From the sequence record DRR723986_1318: a stretch of DNA of 38,028 nucleotides; one strand, given 5' to 3'. Positions within the stretch are counted from its first letter, which is position 1; every line of letters begins with the position of its first letter. Both the position numbers and the translations under genes were made by a program. This document shows positions 8,740 to 18,298 of the stretch, in pieces. The notes beneath the pieces were generated by a model. It was not told where the DNA came from and searched no databases. It saw only the letters and a list, made by a program, of their open reading frames with translations.

Positions 8740-10008
8740 TCAGGCTGTGGTTGCCTCACTTAGCTCAGCGCCTTCCTGCTCGCGGTGTTTAATGCGAATC
8801 AGTGGCAGTGTTAGTGTGGCCAGCGCCAATACGACGATGAAACCCGAAAACGCGAGTGAGTAGTTCCCGCTTACGTCGTACGCGTAGCCAGCAAGCGGCG
8901 GCGCGGTAAGCGCCAGAAGGGTGATGATCGGGGTCATTAGGCCCATTGCCCGGCCATAGTTATCGGCTCCGAACACCTGCCCTACGATACCGCCCCAGAT
9001 AGGCAGCATACCGCCTGACGCGAGCCCGAGAAGCACCGTGCCCAGCGCGAGAACGGCAAATTGCTGATTGCTGAGAAAACAACCTAGCGCAATGCATTGA
9101 ACAATCAGTGTTCCTGCGAAAGCCACTCGTAGATCGATACGGTCACCGACAATACCAAACAGCAGTTTACCCAGCACACTGGTTGCGGCCAGCAGTGACA
9201 GCAGCAGTGCGGCACTGCTGGCCGTGGCGCCGCTGTCTGTAACGAAGGGCACCAGGTTGGCCAGCATGGCGGTTTGTACTGCGGTTAAGGCCCCGGCGAC
9301 AAACGCGATTGCCCAAAAGCTCTTACTTCTCATAAATGCCTTGGTATTTGAGAAGTGCAATGCCTGGTGCTGTTGCAGCGAGTCCTGGCTAACCGGGGCA
9401 GCCGCGCCATCGGGATGCAGGTCGCGGTCGGCGGGGTGGTTAACAATCAGCAGGATGATCCACGGTGCGCTGCAAACGAGGATAATCGCGCTCAGGATCT
9501 GGAAAGCCGCCCGCCATTCGAAACTATCAATTAACCATTGCAACAGAAGCGGGAAGGCGAGGCCTCCCAAAGAGGTGCCCGCAGCGGCTATACCCAGTGC
9601 CAGGGTGCGGCGTTGGTGGAACCAGCGCACCAGCAATGTATTGGCGGCTAGCGGCCCCGCCAACGTGGTCGCCACTGCAATCAGGCTTCCGTAAATAATA
9701 AGGACTTGCCACATGGCGGTAACGAAAGATAACGCCAGATATCCACCGGAAAGACACAGCACGCCAATAAGCATCAGCCGTTTGATCGGATAGCGGTCCA
9801 GCCAAACGCCAGCCCAGGGTGAAATGATGCCCGAGGTAATCATAATGCAGGTAACACCCAGCATCAGCACCATGCGGTCGGCCTGGAAGGTTTCGCCGAA
9901 AGAGACGGCCACCAATCCGTAAGTGAAGTAAACGGCACCGATACTGACACCCTGAACAAGCAGGGCGACAAACACCTGAGCCCAGCCGTGCGAAAAATTT
10001 TTATTCAT
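8740..10008 (-). CDS. MFS transporter (monocarboxylate/OFA-like)
   Basis: About 12 hydrophobic segments; GVWLDRYPIK and GIVGDRID motif A copies; WF..RR.LALGI..AG.SLGG. Confidence 0.92.
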   Translation of the reverse strand: MNKNFSHGWAQVFVALLVQGVSIGAVYFTYGLVAVSFGETFQADRMVLMLGVTCIMITSGIISPWAGVWLDRYPIKRLMLIGVLCLSGGYLALSFVTAMWQVLIIYGSLIAVATTLAGPLAANTLLVRWFHQRRTLALGIAAAGTSLGGLAFPLLLQWLIDSFEWRAAFQILSAIILVCSAPWIILLIVNHPADRDLHPDGAAAPVSQDSLQQHQALHFSNTKAFMRSKSFWAIAFVAGALTAVQTAMLANLVPFVTDSGATASSAALLLSLLAATSVLGKLLFGIVGDRIDLRVAFAGTLIVQCIALGCFLSNQQFAVLALGTVLLGLASGGMLPIWGGIVGQVFGADNYGRAMGLMTPIITLLALTAPPLAGYAYDVSGNYSLAFSGFIVVLALATLTLPLIRIKHREQEGAELSEATTA

Positions 10009-10095
10009 TTTAAAGCGCTCACAACGTTGATATCACTCATACACAGAAGGCGCGTCACGCCCACCTGGAAAGACTATTTTTGACACAGGGCAGCG

Positions 10096-10821
10096 CTAGC
10101 GCCGCGCGTTTTGTTCGTGCTCGAAGGTCATGGACTCACGTATTGCTGTGGCGCCCAGTCCGAAATTGAGAGCTTCCTTAATCAGGCTGAGAATCGCGGG
10201 CTTGCTTTGCGCCATCTCTTCCGCAATAGCCAATGCGCTCGGCAGCAGTGATTCGGCGGCTACCACACCGTCCACCAGACCGTATTGCTCTGCTTCGGGG
10301 GCGGTTAATGTGCGGCCAGTTAACGCCAGTAATTTTGCTCTACCTGGCCCCATCAGGCGCGGAAGCAACCAGGTGCTGCCAAGCCCCGGCACGATGCCGA
10401 GTTTAGCGAAGGGGATACCCAGCTTTGCGGTCTCGGAGGCAATGCGGATATCGCAGGGCAAACTCAGCGTGACACCCACACCAATAGCGGCGCCGTTGAT
10501 GGCGGCGATCACAGGTTTTGGATAGTTGAGCAACGTGTCGGCAAAGTCCTGAACCAGTCGTTCTTTACCTAATGGCGGTAAGTCGCGGTCTTCTTCTGTG
10601 GGGCCGCTTTTCAATTTTTCTAAATCAACCCCTGCGCAAAACCCTCTGCCGGCGCCGGTAATAATAATGACCCGGCAATCGTCATCCCCTCGCAGCTTCT
10701 CGAAAGCATCGACAATTTCCTCGCCCATTCTCACTGTATACGCATTGAGCTTTTCTGGTCGGTTCAGTGTGATCACCGTCGTGGTATTTTGCCGGCTGAT
10801 CTGAATGTCTTTGTAATCCAT
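10096..10821 (-). CDS. Enoyl-CoA hydratase/isomerase (crotonase) family protein
   Basis: ITLNRPEKLNA, TGAGRGFCAGVDL, PKPVIAAINGAAIGVG and CDIRIAS motifs; start placed at MDYKD (alternative start 10836). Confidence 0.92.
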   Translation of the reverse strand: MDYKDIQISRQNTTTVITLNRPEKLNAYTVRMGEEIVDAFEKLRGDDDCRVIIITGAGRGFCAGVDLEKLKSGPTEEDRDLPPLGKERLVQDFADTLLNYPKPVIAAINGAAIGVGVTLSLPCDIRIASETAKLGIPFAKLGIVPGLGSTWLLPRLMGPGRAKLLALTGRTLTAPEAEQYGLVDGVVAAESLLPSALAIAEEMAQSKPAILSLIKEALNFGLGATAIRESMTFEHEQNARR

Positions 10822-11012
10822 GAGTAGGTCTCGCAACGTTCATTATTTTCTACAGTGTTGGCGAATCTTTCGGAGGGGTATATCCAAGTGCAGCGTCATA
10901 GTTGGACAAAGAAGTATCCGTCAAGCGCGTTTGGTTGATATAGCCATTTACTGGTGTGCGGGAACAGCGATACTGGCCTCATCACATGAAGAGACCGACC
11001 GGAACAGCATTT

Positions 11013-11474
11013 ATGAACAAGATTGATTACAAGGATTTAACCGCACTGCGTGCCCAAATCGGCGACGAATACGGGGAGTGGTCATCACCGTTTGTCGTAT
11101 CGCAAGAGGTGATTGACCAGTTCGCCGATCTGTCGGGCGACAGGCAGTGGATTCATACCGATGTTGAGCGTGCCAAGTCGGGCCCCTATGGCTCAACTAT
11201 CGCCCACGGCTTCTTGTTATTAGCGGTAATGCCGCAGGTGAGGCCGCCACAGGCATTTGAAGTGGTCAATCACAGGAGTGTGGCCAATTACGGCTCCAAG
11301 GGGCTGCGATTTTTGGCGCCGGTGCTGGCCGGTTCAAGCATCCACTCCCGTCAAAAACTGATCGCCGTCGAGGAGCATCCAAAGGGCACGCTACTGACAA
11401 GCGAAATGGCCATTCATGCGGTCGGTAATGACAAGCCCTCGCTGGTCTACAATATGTCGCTACTTTATCTGTGA
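11013..11474 (+). CDS. MaoC family (R)-specific hydratase/dehydratase (NodN-like)
   Basis: FADLSGDRQWIHTD...GPYGSTIAHGFL hydratase-2 motif; NYG..GLRFLAPV; start placed at MNKID. Confidence 0.92.
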   Translation: MNKIDYKDLTALRAQIGDEYGEWSSPFVVSQEVIDQFADLSGDRQWIHTDVERAKSGPYGSTIAHGFLLLAVMPQVRPPQAFEVVNHRSVANYGSKGLRFLAPVLAGSSIHSRQKLIAVEEHPKGTLLTSEMAIHAVGNDKPSLVYNMSLLYL

Positions 11475-13027
11475 AGTCGGGTGTGAATATGTTGAGTGCG
11501 AACAGACAGCCGACGTTATGGCAGCGTATTGACGCCCGTTGCCAGCAAACCCCCGATAAAATTTTTCTCCGCGATGAACACGGCAAGTGCCTCACTTTTG
11601 CCAACTACCACGCAGCGACCGAGCGCTACGCCAGCTGGTTACAGTCACTGGGGATTGGTTGTAACAGCCGCGTGGCCTGGCAATTACCCACGAACCTGCA
11701 ATCGGTGATTGTGGCGGCTGCCCTCTGTCGCTTGGGAGCAGTACAGGTACCCATACTGCCGTTTTTGCGAGAGCGGGAAGTGGGCTTTATTTGTCAGCAA
11801 TCTCGGGTTGATTTGCTGTTGCTGCCCGGTGTGTGGGGAGGCTTTGATTATGCAGAGATGGGTGAAGTCCTGCTTCAGCACAATACCAATTTGCGCTTAC
11901 AAGTCATGCCGGCGGACTCGGCGATAGATGGCGTTGACGCGCTGGCCGAGTATATCGCACCTGCTGCGCCTGAGCATGTTAGCTGGATTTTTTATACCTC
12001 AGGCACAACCTCTGATCCAAAGGGCGCGCGCCATTGCGATGATGCGATCCTGTCCACGGCATTTGGTATGGTCGCGGCTCTGGAGCTGTGCGGCGAGGAT
12101 GTCGTACCCATGGTATTTCCCTTCACTCATATTGGCGGGGTGGTGTGGTTAGCCAGCCTGGTTCTTTGTGGCGGCGAAGCGCTGCTGCTTGAGCGCTTCT
12201 CTGAAGATAAATTTGCCTCCATGGCGGCTGCTGGTATCAGTGTTGCCGGCGCGGGGACGACCTTTATTCAGGCCTATCTAAAAGTACAGCGGCAGCAGCC
12301 AGAACAGCCATTATTCCCCCGCTTACGTTGTGCCACGGGAGGCGGCTCGACGAAGCCGCCACAACTGCATGCCCAGGTAAAGGCGGAATTGGGCGGCGTG
12401 GGTATGGTGTCGGGATACGGTATGACAGAGTGCCCCATCGCGACCATGGGCACGGTGCGCGATCCTGACGATCGGCTGGCGGCGACAGAAGGGCGGGCGA
12501 TGCCGGGTATGCTGGTCAAGATCGTTAATGCCGATGGCGAGCGGCTCAATGCCGGTGAGCAGGGCGAAATATGCCTTAAGGGCCCCCACCTGTGCCTGGG
12601 TTATATCGATAGCGAATTGGATAAAACTGCGTTTGATAGTGAAGGCTATTTGCGCAGCGGCGATCTCGGTGTTCTCGACAGCGATGGCTGGCTTACCGTA
12701 ACGGGACGTCTGAAGGACGTTATTATTCGCAAGGGTGAGAATATTTCAGCGAAAAAAGTTGAAGATGCTATCGCCTCTCATCCTGTCGTGGCTGAAGTCA
12801 CCGTGGTGGGCGTGCCCGATGACGAGCGTGGCGAGCTTGCCTGCGCCGTTATTGTGTTGCGGGCAGGGTGCGAGGGCTTCGACCTCGGTGAACTGGCGAA
12901 TTACTGCCTGCAGCAGGGGTTGCTCAAGCAGGAATGTCCCGAACGCATCAAGTTTGTTGACGAGATTCCCCGCAATGCCAGCGGCAAGGTGGTCAAGCAG
13001 CGCTTACTTTCGTTGTTGACGGCTTGA
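11471..13027 (+). CDS. Acyl-CoA synthetase (AMP-binding; cyclohexanecarboxylate-CoA-ligase-like)
   Basis: YTSGTTSDPKG, GYGMTE, SGDLG, GRLKDVIIRKGENI and PRNASGK motifs; GTG start overlaps the maoC stop (alternative ATG 11489). Confidence 0.93.
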   Translation: MKSGVNMLSANRQPTLWQRIDARCQQTPDKIFLRDEHGKCLTFANYHAATERYASWLQSLGIGCNSRVAWQLPTNLQSVIVAAALCRLGAVQVPILPFLREREVGFICQQSRVDLLLLPGVWGGFDYAEMGEVLLQHNTNLRLQVMPADSAIDGVDALAEYIAPAAPEHVSWIFYTSGTTSDPKGARHCDDAILSTAFGMVAALELCGEDVVPMVFPFTHIGGVVWLASLVLCGGEALLLERFSEDKFASMAAAGISVAGAGTTFIQAYLKVQRQQPEQPLFPRLRCATGGGSTKPPQLHAQVKAELGGVGMVSGYGMTECPIATMGTVRDPDDRLAATEGRAMPGMLVKIVNADGERLNAGEQGEICLKGPHLCLGYIDSELDKTAFDSEGYLRSGDLGVLDSDGWLTVTGRLKDVIIRKGENISAKKVEDAIASHPVVAEVTVVGVPDDERGELACAVIVLRAGCEGFDLGELANYCLQQGLLKQECPERIKFVDEIPRNASGKVVKQRLLSLLTA

Positions 13028-13048
13028 AGGATTCAAGCCGATCTTTTT
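13021..13048 (+). terminator. Probable terminator overlapping the stop codon
   Basis: GGCTTGAA-GGA-TTCAAGCC stem followed by GATCTTTTT. Confidence 0.6.
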
Positions 13049-13078
13049 CCTTACTAACGTTGTTTTGCCGTTAGCCAG

Positions 13079-13519
13079 CTAGGTTTCGCTTTTTACCCAG
13101 CGAGGCATTACCAGGCCGTCCTCCTCTTTCTGAAAAACCACGCGGACAGCGTCGCCAATTGAAATCTCGTCGAAGGATATAGAGTTGATGGCGCTGTTAG
13201 TTGAGGCAATCAGGTTTCCTGCGAGTCGAACTGTCGGATCTTCGTCCAGCTCAACGATCACACAATTATAGGGTGCCAACGCGGCAAACTGCGCGGTTAG
13301 TGGTGGGTGGGGTTCGATGACTGACCAAACTTTCCCCCGTCCGGACACTTCCACCCAGTCTAGCTCTCCGGTGATATGCCAGGGGCTGTTATAACGTGGT
13401 GGATGGATGAGGCGGCCGCTGTTAACACAGCGTTGTATCAGTAGTTTATGCTGTTTGCAGCCTTCCCAGAAGGGCGTGGTCGTGTCGTCGAGAGTCGGTA
13501 ACAAGCTATCACTGCTCAT
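13079..13519 (-). CDS. DUF35 (Zn-ribbon-like + OB-fold) protein, partner of the Ltp2-type aldolase
   Basis: PFWEGC...LLIQRC..SG....PPR, VSGRGKVWS, PY..VIVELDE and IGDAVRVVF; RBS GAGG before MSSDS; starts 2 nt after the ltp2 stop. Confidence 0.9.
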   Translation of the reverse strand: MSSDSLLPTLDDTTTPFWEGCKQHKLLIQRCVNSGRLIHPPRYNSPWHITGELDWVEVSGRGKVWSVIEPHPPLTAQFAALAPYNCVIVELDEDPTVRLAGNLIASTNSAINSISFDEISIGDAVRVVFQKEEDGLVMPRWVKSET

Positions 13520-13521
13520 GG

Positions 13522-14673
13522 TTAATTCCTCAGGATAATCGCGCTGGTGGGAGAGCAACCGCCACCGGTAACCAGGCAACTGGAGGCGTTGCTGACTTGG
13601 TTGGTGGCATTGCCACGCATTTGACGAACCCCTTCGCTGATCAGGTTAAAGCCATGTATGTAAGCTTCGGAGAGGCCGCCACCCGCGGTGTTAATCGGTA
13701 GCGGGCTATTCATACCCAGGCCGTGATCATCAATATAACCGGGCGCTTCGCCGAGGCCGCAAAAGCCGTATGCCTCTAACGAAAACAGTACAAGCGGTGT
13801 GAAAGCATCGTAGATTTGAGCGGTGTCGATATCGGCAGCGCGGATGTCTGAGTGTTTGTAAAGGCTGCGCGCGCAGGCGTGGGAGCTGTTTTTCATTGGG
13901 TCCTCAGAGTAAAAATCCACCATGCTGTGCGATTGCTGCGCGCAACCCTGACCGAATGCATGAACATACACCGGTTTATGCGCGCAATCTTTCGCGCGTT
14001 CTGCAGACATCATGACAACAGCCACCGCACCGTCGGACTCAAGGCAATTGTCGAATAGACACAAAGGGCGAGATATCCAGCGCGCGTTGAAGTAGTCGTC
14101 GCGTGTCATTTCCCTATCAAACATAATCGCGTTTGGGTTATTGTTGGCCATCGACCGTGCGCTCAGCGCCACTTCTGCCAGGTGCTGTCGTGTTGCCCCG
14201 GTCTCATGCATATAGCGCTGGGTGAGTAAGCCGATCTCGTCCACCGGGCGAACCACGCCGAAAGGGCGCGACCAGTTATTGGCGGTAGTGAGCATGGCAG
14301 AAGCGGCCTGACTGGCCCACACCCGCGAAGCGGGGCTGCCGCGTTTGCGCGATCGCCAGGCAACGCCCACCTCACATTGGCCTGTGGCAATGGCCATCGC
14401 CAGCAAGCCGATGGTTGCGGTACTGCCGCCACCACCATGGGGAGATTGGGCAAAGAAATTTAGATCGCCAAACCCCAAATTTTTGGCAAGTTCAAAATCG
14501 GCGGTTGACTCCATTGTGTATGACGCAAGACCATCCACTTCCTTAGGTGAAATACCTGCATCATCGAGAGCCTGGGTGACCACCTGACAGGCCAACTCAG
14601 CTTCTGATTGCGGTAATGATTTGGCGAAATCCGATTGCCCGATGCCGACAATCGCACTGCGATCTTTGATCAT
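13522..14673 (-). CDS. ltp2: Ltp2-type thiolase-superfamily aldolase ('lipid-transfer protein')
   Basis: Collinear with recalled Ltp2 sequences; the thiolase nucleophile Cys is replaced (PHGGGGS); the two catalytic Tyr motifs are present (IYDAF, EAYIHG); start at MIKDR. Confidence 0.85.
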   Translation of the reverse strand: MIKDRSAIVGIGQSDFAKSLPQSEAELACQVVTQALDDAGISPKEVDGLASYTMESTADFELAKNLGFGDLNFFAQSPHGGGGSTATIGLLAMAIATGQCEVGVAWRSRKRGSPASRVWASQAASAMLTTANNWSRPFGVVRPVDEIGLLTQRYMHETGATRQHLAEVALSARSMANNNPNAIMFDREMTRDDYFNARWISRPLCLFDNCLESDGAVAVVMMSAERAKDCAHKPVYVHAFGQGCAQQSHSMVDFYSEDPMKNSSHACARSLYKHSDIRAADIDTAQIYDAFTPLVLFSLEAYGFCGLGEAPGYIDDHGLGMNSPLPINTAGGGLSEAYIHGFNLISEGVRQMRGNATNQVSNASSCLVTGGGCSPTSAIILRN

Positions 14674-14911
14674 TGTAAAGCACCTGCTTCGCGACACTAT
14701 TTCCTTTAATAATAGGGTCCCCGTTAAAAATCTGGTGACGCATTAGTATCAATTGCCGACAGAAAGGCATCGCCGTTGCAGGTGGTTATTTTGCTTTTAT
14801 CACTGTGTCGAATACTGACACTTTCTTGTCGTGAAAGGCTGCTAGCGCGGCCTTTGCGGCGATCGCTTGAGTGCTAGCATGATTCCAACATTAATTATGT
14901 AGGAGTTAGCG

Positions 14912-16093
14912 ATGGACTTTGCGTTTTCAGCCGAGGAGATCGCCTTCGTTAAAGAGGTGCAGCAATTTCTCGACGATAACTATTCACCGGAAGTGATGGA
15001 TGTCACTCGAGAGAATATGGCTCAGATTTGCGACACGCCAGCGCGTCGGGCATTTATGAAAAAACTCGCCGCCAAGGGGTGGCTCGGTCTGACATGGCCT
15101 GAGGAATACGGCGGTGCCAATGCCGATGGTGTGTATGAGTATCTCCTGAATGAATTACTGTCGTCGGTAGGTGCCCCTCAGATTGGCAAAGGTGTGGGTA
15201 TTATCGGCAAGACGCTGATGCGTCATGGCTCAGAGAAACTTAAGCGCGAGTTTTTGCCGCAAATAATTAATGCAGACATCGAGTTTGCCGTTGGCTATTC
15301 CGAGCCCAATGCGGGATCCGATGCAGCGGCCATGCGCCTTAAGGCCGAGCGCGATGGTGATGGCTGGGTGCTAAATGGGCAGAAAATGTTTACCACCTCT
15401 GCTCACTTTGCTGACTGGTACTGGGTTGGTGCACGCACCTCACCTGATGCGCCGAAACACAATGGCATAACGCTTTTCCTTATTCGCATGGATGACCCTG
15501 GGTTAACCATTCACCCCATGCCGACAATGGGTAAAGAACGCACCAATATGGTCTTTTTCGACAATGTGCGTGTATCCGATGATTATCGTGTGGGTGAACT
15601 TAATAAAGGCTTTCAATACATCTCTGAGGCGTTGGATTTAGAGCGCTTCACAATGTTTACCTTCAGCCCCATTAAGAATCGTCTGCAACTGCTGATCGAA
15701 TATGTCAAAACGGCAACCCGCAATGGCAAGTGCCTGAAAGACGACCCGATCATTCGTCAGCGTATTGCCAATACGGCGGTTGAGGGCGAAGTGGCGCGTC
15801 TGTTGGGCCTCAATTTCGTTTCCGCTGCGATTGCCGGTGGCAAGCCCCCCACCAGTGAGGCGTCCTGCTACAAACTCTATGCGACCGAACTGTCGCAGCG
15901 CATAGCCGATACCACCATGGATTTGGCCGGTCCCGGCAGTCAATTGTGTCTCGGCAATAAGACTGCACCCTTGCGAGGCCGGGCAGAGAGCACCTACACC
16001 TATACGGTGATCGATACCATCGGTGGCGGCTCATCCGAAGTTCAGAAGAACATTATTGCCCGCCGCAAACTTGGCTTGCCGAAAAACTTCTGA
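14912..16093 (+). CDS. Acyl-CoA dehydrogenase, catalytic subunit of a heteromeric ACAD (ChsE2/ChsE4-like)
   Basis: GWLGLTWPEEYGG, FAVGYSEPNAGSD, NGQK.FT, ALDLER (catalytic Glu) and GGGSSEVQKNIIA..LGLP; RBS AGGAG. Confidence 0.93.
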   Translation: MDFAFSAEEIAFVKEVQQFLDDNYSPEVMDVTRENMAQICDTPARRAFMKKLAAKGWLGLTWPEEYGGANADGVYEYLLNELLSSVGAPQIGKGVGIIGKTLMRHGSEKLKREFLPQIINADIEFAVGYSEPNAGSDAAAMRLKAERDGDGWVLNGQKMFTTSAHFADWYWVGARTSPDAPKHNGITLFLIRMDDPGLTIHPMPTMGKERTNMVFFDNVRVSDDYRVGELNKGFQYISEALDLERFTMFTFSPIKNRLQLLIEYVKTATRNGKCLKDDPIIRQRIANTAVEGEVARLLGLNFVSAAIAGGKPPTSEASCYKLYATELSQRIADTTMDLAGPGSQLCLGNKTAPLRGRAESTYTYTVIDTIGGGSSEVQKNIIARRKLGLPKNF

Positions 16094-16101
16094 GGTCAGC
16101 C

Positions 16102-17247
16102 ATGGACGCATACAAAGTCATCAATCTCGCAAGTGTTGGCCCCGGGGCGCGGGCGGCCCAGCTATTAGCCGACCTGGGTGCAGATGTAATCCAGGTCGGT
16201 GCGGTGAGCCGGTCGGGCAGCGTGCAGATCGAACCGGCGCCTTATGCCTACGGCGCCGGTCGGGGTGTACGCAAGATTCGTCTGGATGTTAAAAGCGATT
16301 CGGGGCTGGCGGCGTTTAAAAAATTGATCGCCGCTTCCGATGTAGTGATAGAGAGTTTTCGCCCCGGCGTCGTTAAAAAGCTCGGGATCGACTACGCATC
16401 GCTACGCCACCTCAACCCACGATTGATCTACTGCTCGGTAAGCGGCTATGGCCAGCATGGGCCTTGCAGCCAATGGGCCGGGCACGACATCAATTATCTT
16501 GCAATGAGTGGCTTTCTCGACTGTTCGGCTAGGGATGGCAGAGGCGTGCCGGCCACGCCGGGCGCCACCGTGGCCGACAGCGCGGGCGGTGGTATGCAAG
16601 CCGTAATCGCCATCCAGAGTGCACTGCTGCGCAGGGGGGATTACGGGGAGGGTGAGTGCCTCGATGTGTCAGTGACGGACGGCGTACTGTCGATGATGTC
16701 TTTACACATCGACCAGTACCTAGCCACCGGTAAAGCCGTGACGGCGGGTAGTGAGTTGCTCACCGGGCGATATGCCTGGTACAGCTGTTATTTAACCGCC
16801 GATAAACGTTATTTAAGTATTGGTGCGATTGAGCCGAAGTTTTATCGCAACCTTTGCCGTTTGCTGGAGCTGGATCGCTACAGCGACAAGCAATATGACG
16901 ACGCTGTGCAAGAGGAATTGCGAGACGCGTTGCAGAGCGTGCTACTGACCGACACCCGCGATAATTGGGTACGTAGGCTGGCAGCCGAGGATACCTGCGT
17001 CGCACCAGTGCTCACCGTAGCAGAGGCAACGGGTGAGCCGCATTTCATCGAGCGTGGCAATTTCCAGCCAGTGACATGTGATGATGCAGAACCCTTCAGT
17101 CAGTTGGCGCCAGTGATGGCTGGCAGTGCTAGAGGGCGCGCCGTTCATGCCACGCCCGGGCGCCTTCATACCGATGATGTTCTTCGCGAAGTCGGCATAG
17201 AAGAAAGCCATGTTTCTGCATTGGTGGAGCAGGGGGTGGCGGAATGA
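16102..17247 (+). CDS. mcr: Alpha-methylacyl-CoA racemase (class III CoA-transferase fold)
   Basis: VGPG, ESFRPGV, diagnostic GHDINY (catalytic His), ADSAGGG (catalytic Asp) and GAIEPKFY. Confidence 0.82.
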   Translation: MDAYKVINLASVGPGARAAQLLADLGADVIQVGAVSRSGSVQIEPAPYAYGAGRGVRKIRLDVKSDSGLAAFKKLIAASDVVIESFRPGVVKKLGIDYASLRHLNPRLIYCSVSGYGQHGPCSQWAGHDINYLAMSGFLDCSARDGRGVPATPGATVADSAGGGMQAVIAIQSALLRRGDYGEGECLDVSVTDGVLSMMSLHIDQYLATGKAVTAGSELLTGRYAWYSCYLTADKRYLSIGAIEPKFYRNLCRLLELDRYSDKQYDDAVQEELRDALQSVLLTDTRDNWVRRLAAEDTCVAPVLTVAEATGEPHFIERGNFQPVTCDDAEPFSQLAPVMAGSARGRAVHATPGRLHTDDVLREVGIEESHVSALVEQGVAE

Positions 17248-17777
17248 CGCACAACACAGATGAGTCGGTAGCATTGCCAAGTGCGGTGCAGTCATTGATC
17301 GGAAAACCGCTGTACCGCGAAGTTAGTGATGTCTTGGTAGAGCAGGGCGCCATCGAGAATTTCTGCGCCGCTGTAGAAAATGGCAACCCCTTGTACTGGG
17401 ATGAGGGCTACGCGCAGGAATTTGCCGGCGGTCGCACGGCGCCAGCGTCAATGCTATCGGCGTGGTTCCGTCCGCATATTTGGAAGCCTGGCGCAGACGG
17501 CGAGCAGCATGCCTTGCAAGCACACTTCGACCTCAAAGAGCTATTGGCGCTCCCTGAGGCGGTAATTGCCAGCAATGAGCTTAGCTTTGGCCAACCGGCG
17601 AAGGTGGGTGAGCGCTTACAGTCCTATCAGTGTATCCGTTCGATCAGTGAACCCAAGACAACAAAGCTTGGCCACGGTCGCTTCTGGGTGGTTGATGTGG
17701 TCGTGGAAAATGCCGACGGCGAATTTATCGGCAGCGACAGTTACACCGCCTTCGGCTATCGGAGGCCGGCACAATGA
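17244..17777 (+). CDS. MaoC-like hot-dog protein, ChsH2 N-terminal-domain-like hydratase subunit
   Basis: IENFCAAVENGNPLYWDE..A...APASML and SISEPKTTKLGHGRFW; ATGA overlaps on both sides. Confidence 0.85.
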   Translation: MTHNTDESVALPSAVQSLIGKPLYREVSDVLVEQGAIENFCAAVENGNPLYWDEGYAQEFAGGRTAPASMLSAWFRPHIWKPGADGEQHALQAHFDLKELLALPEAVIASNELSFGQPAKVGERLQSYQCIRSISEPKTTKLGHGRFWVVDVVVENADGEFIGSDSYTAFGYRRPAQ

Positions 17778-18262
17778 GCTCTCATAAGAATCTTTTTCCC
17801 GCTGCTATTGCGCCGGGCTTGTCACTTCCTCCATTTACGCAAACGGTTACGGCGACCACCGTGGTTCTCGGTGCCATGGCGAGCCGCGACTGGCGGCCGA
17901 TGCATCACGATCGCGATTTTGCGATCAATCGCAACGGCGTAAAGGACATCTTCTTAAACACCCCTACCCAAGCCGGTTGGTTCGAGCGGTATCTGTTCGA
18001 TTGGGCCGGGCCCGCCGCGCGCTTGGGCAAGATGCGCTTCGCCATGAAAGCGTCGATTTTTCCCGATGCGACCATGCAGTTTAGCGGCAAGGTTGACGCC
18101 GTGACGCCCAGTCATTGCGGCCGTTGGGTATGGGTGGATGTGCAGTTGGCAATACATTTGGATGGCGGCGAATTGGCCAGTACGTGCGAGGCACGGCTGG
18201 CGGTGCCGCAGGGGCCCGAGGTGAATCTGTGGTCTGTTCCTGCGGCTGAATGGCAGCCATGA
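17774..18262 (+). CDS. MaoC-like hydratase subunit, ChsH1-like
   Basis: GAMASRDWRPMHHDRDFA...DIFLN catalytic Asp/His motif and WAGP.A. Confidence 0.85.
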   Translation: MSSHKNLFPAAIAPGLSLPPFTQTVTATTVVLGAMASRDWRPMHHDRDFAINRNGVKDIFLNTPTQAGWFERYLFDWAGPAARLGKMRFAMKASIFPDATMQFSGKVDAVTPSHCGRWVWVDVQLAIHLDGGELASTCEARLAVPQGPEVNLWSVPAAEWQP

Positions 18263-18298
18263 ATTTCTGGCAGCAATACGAAAACGGATGGATAGGTT

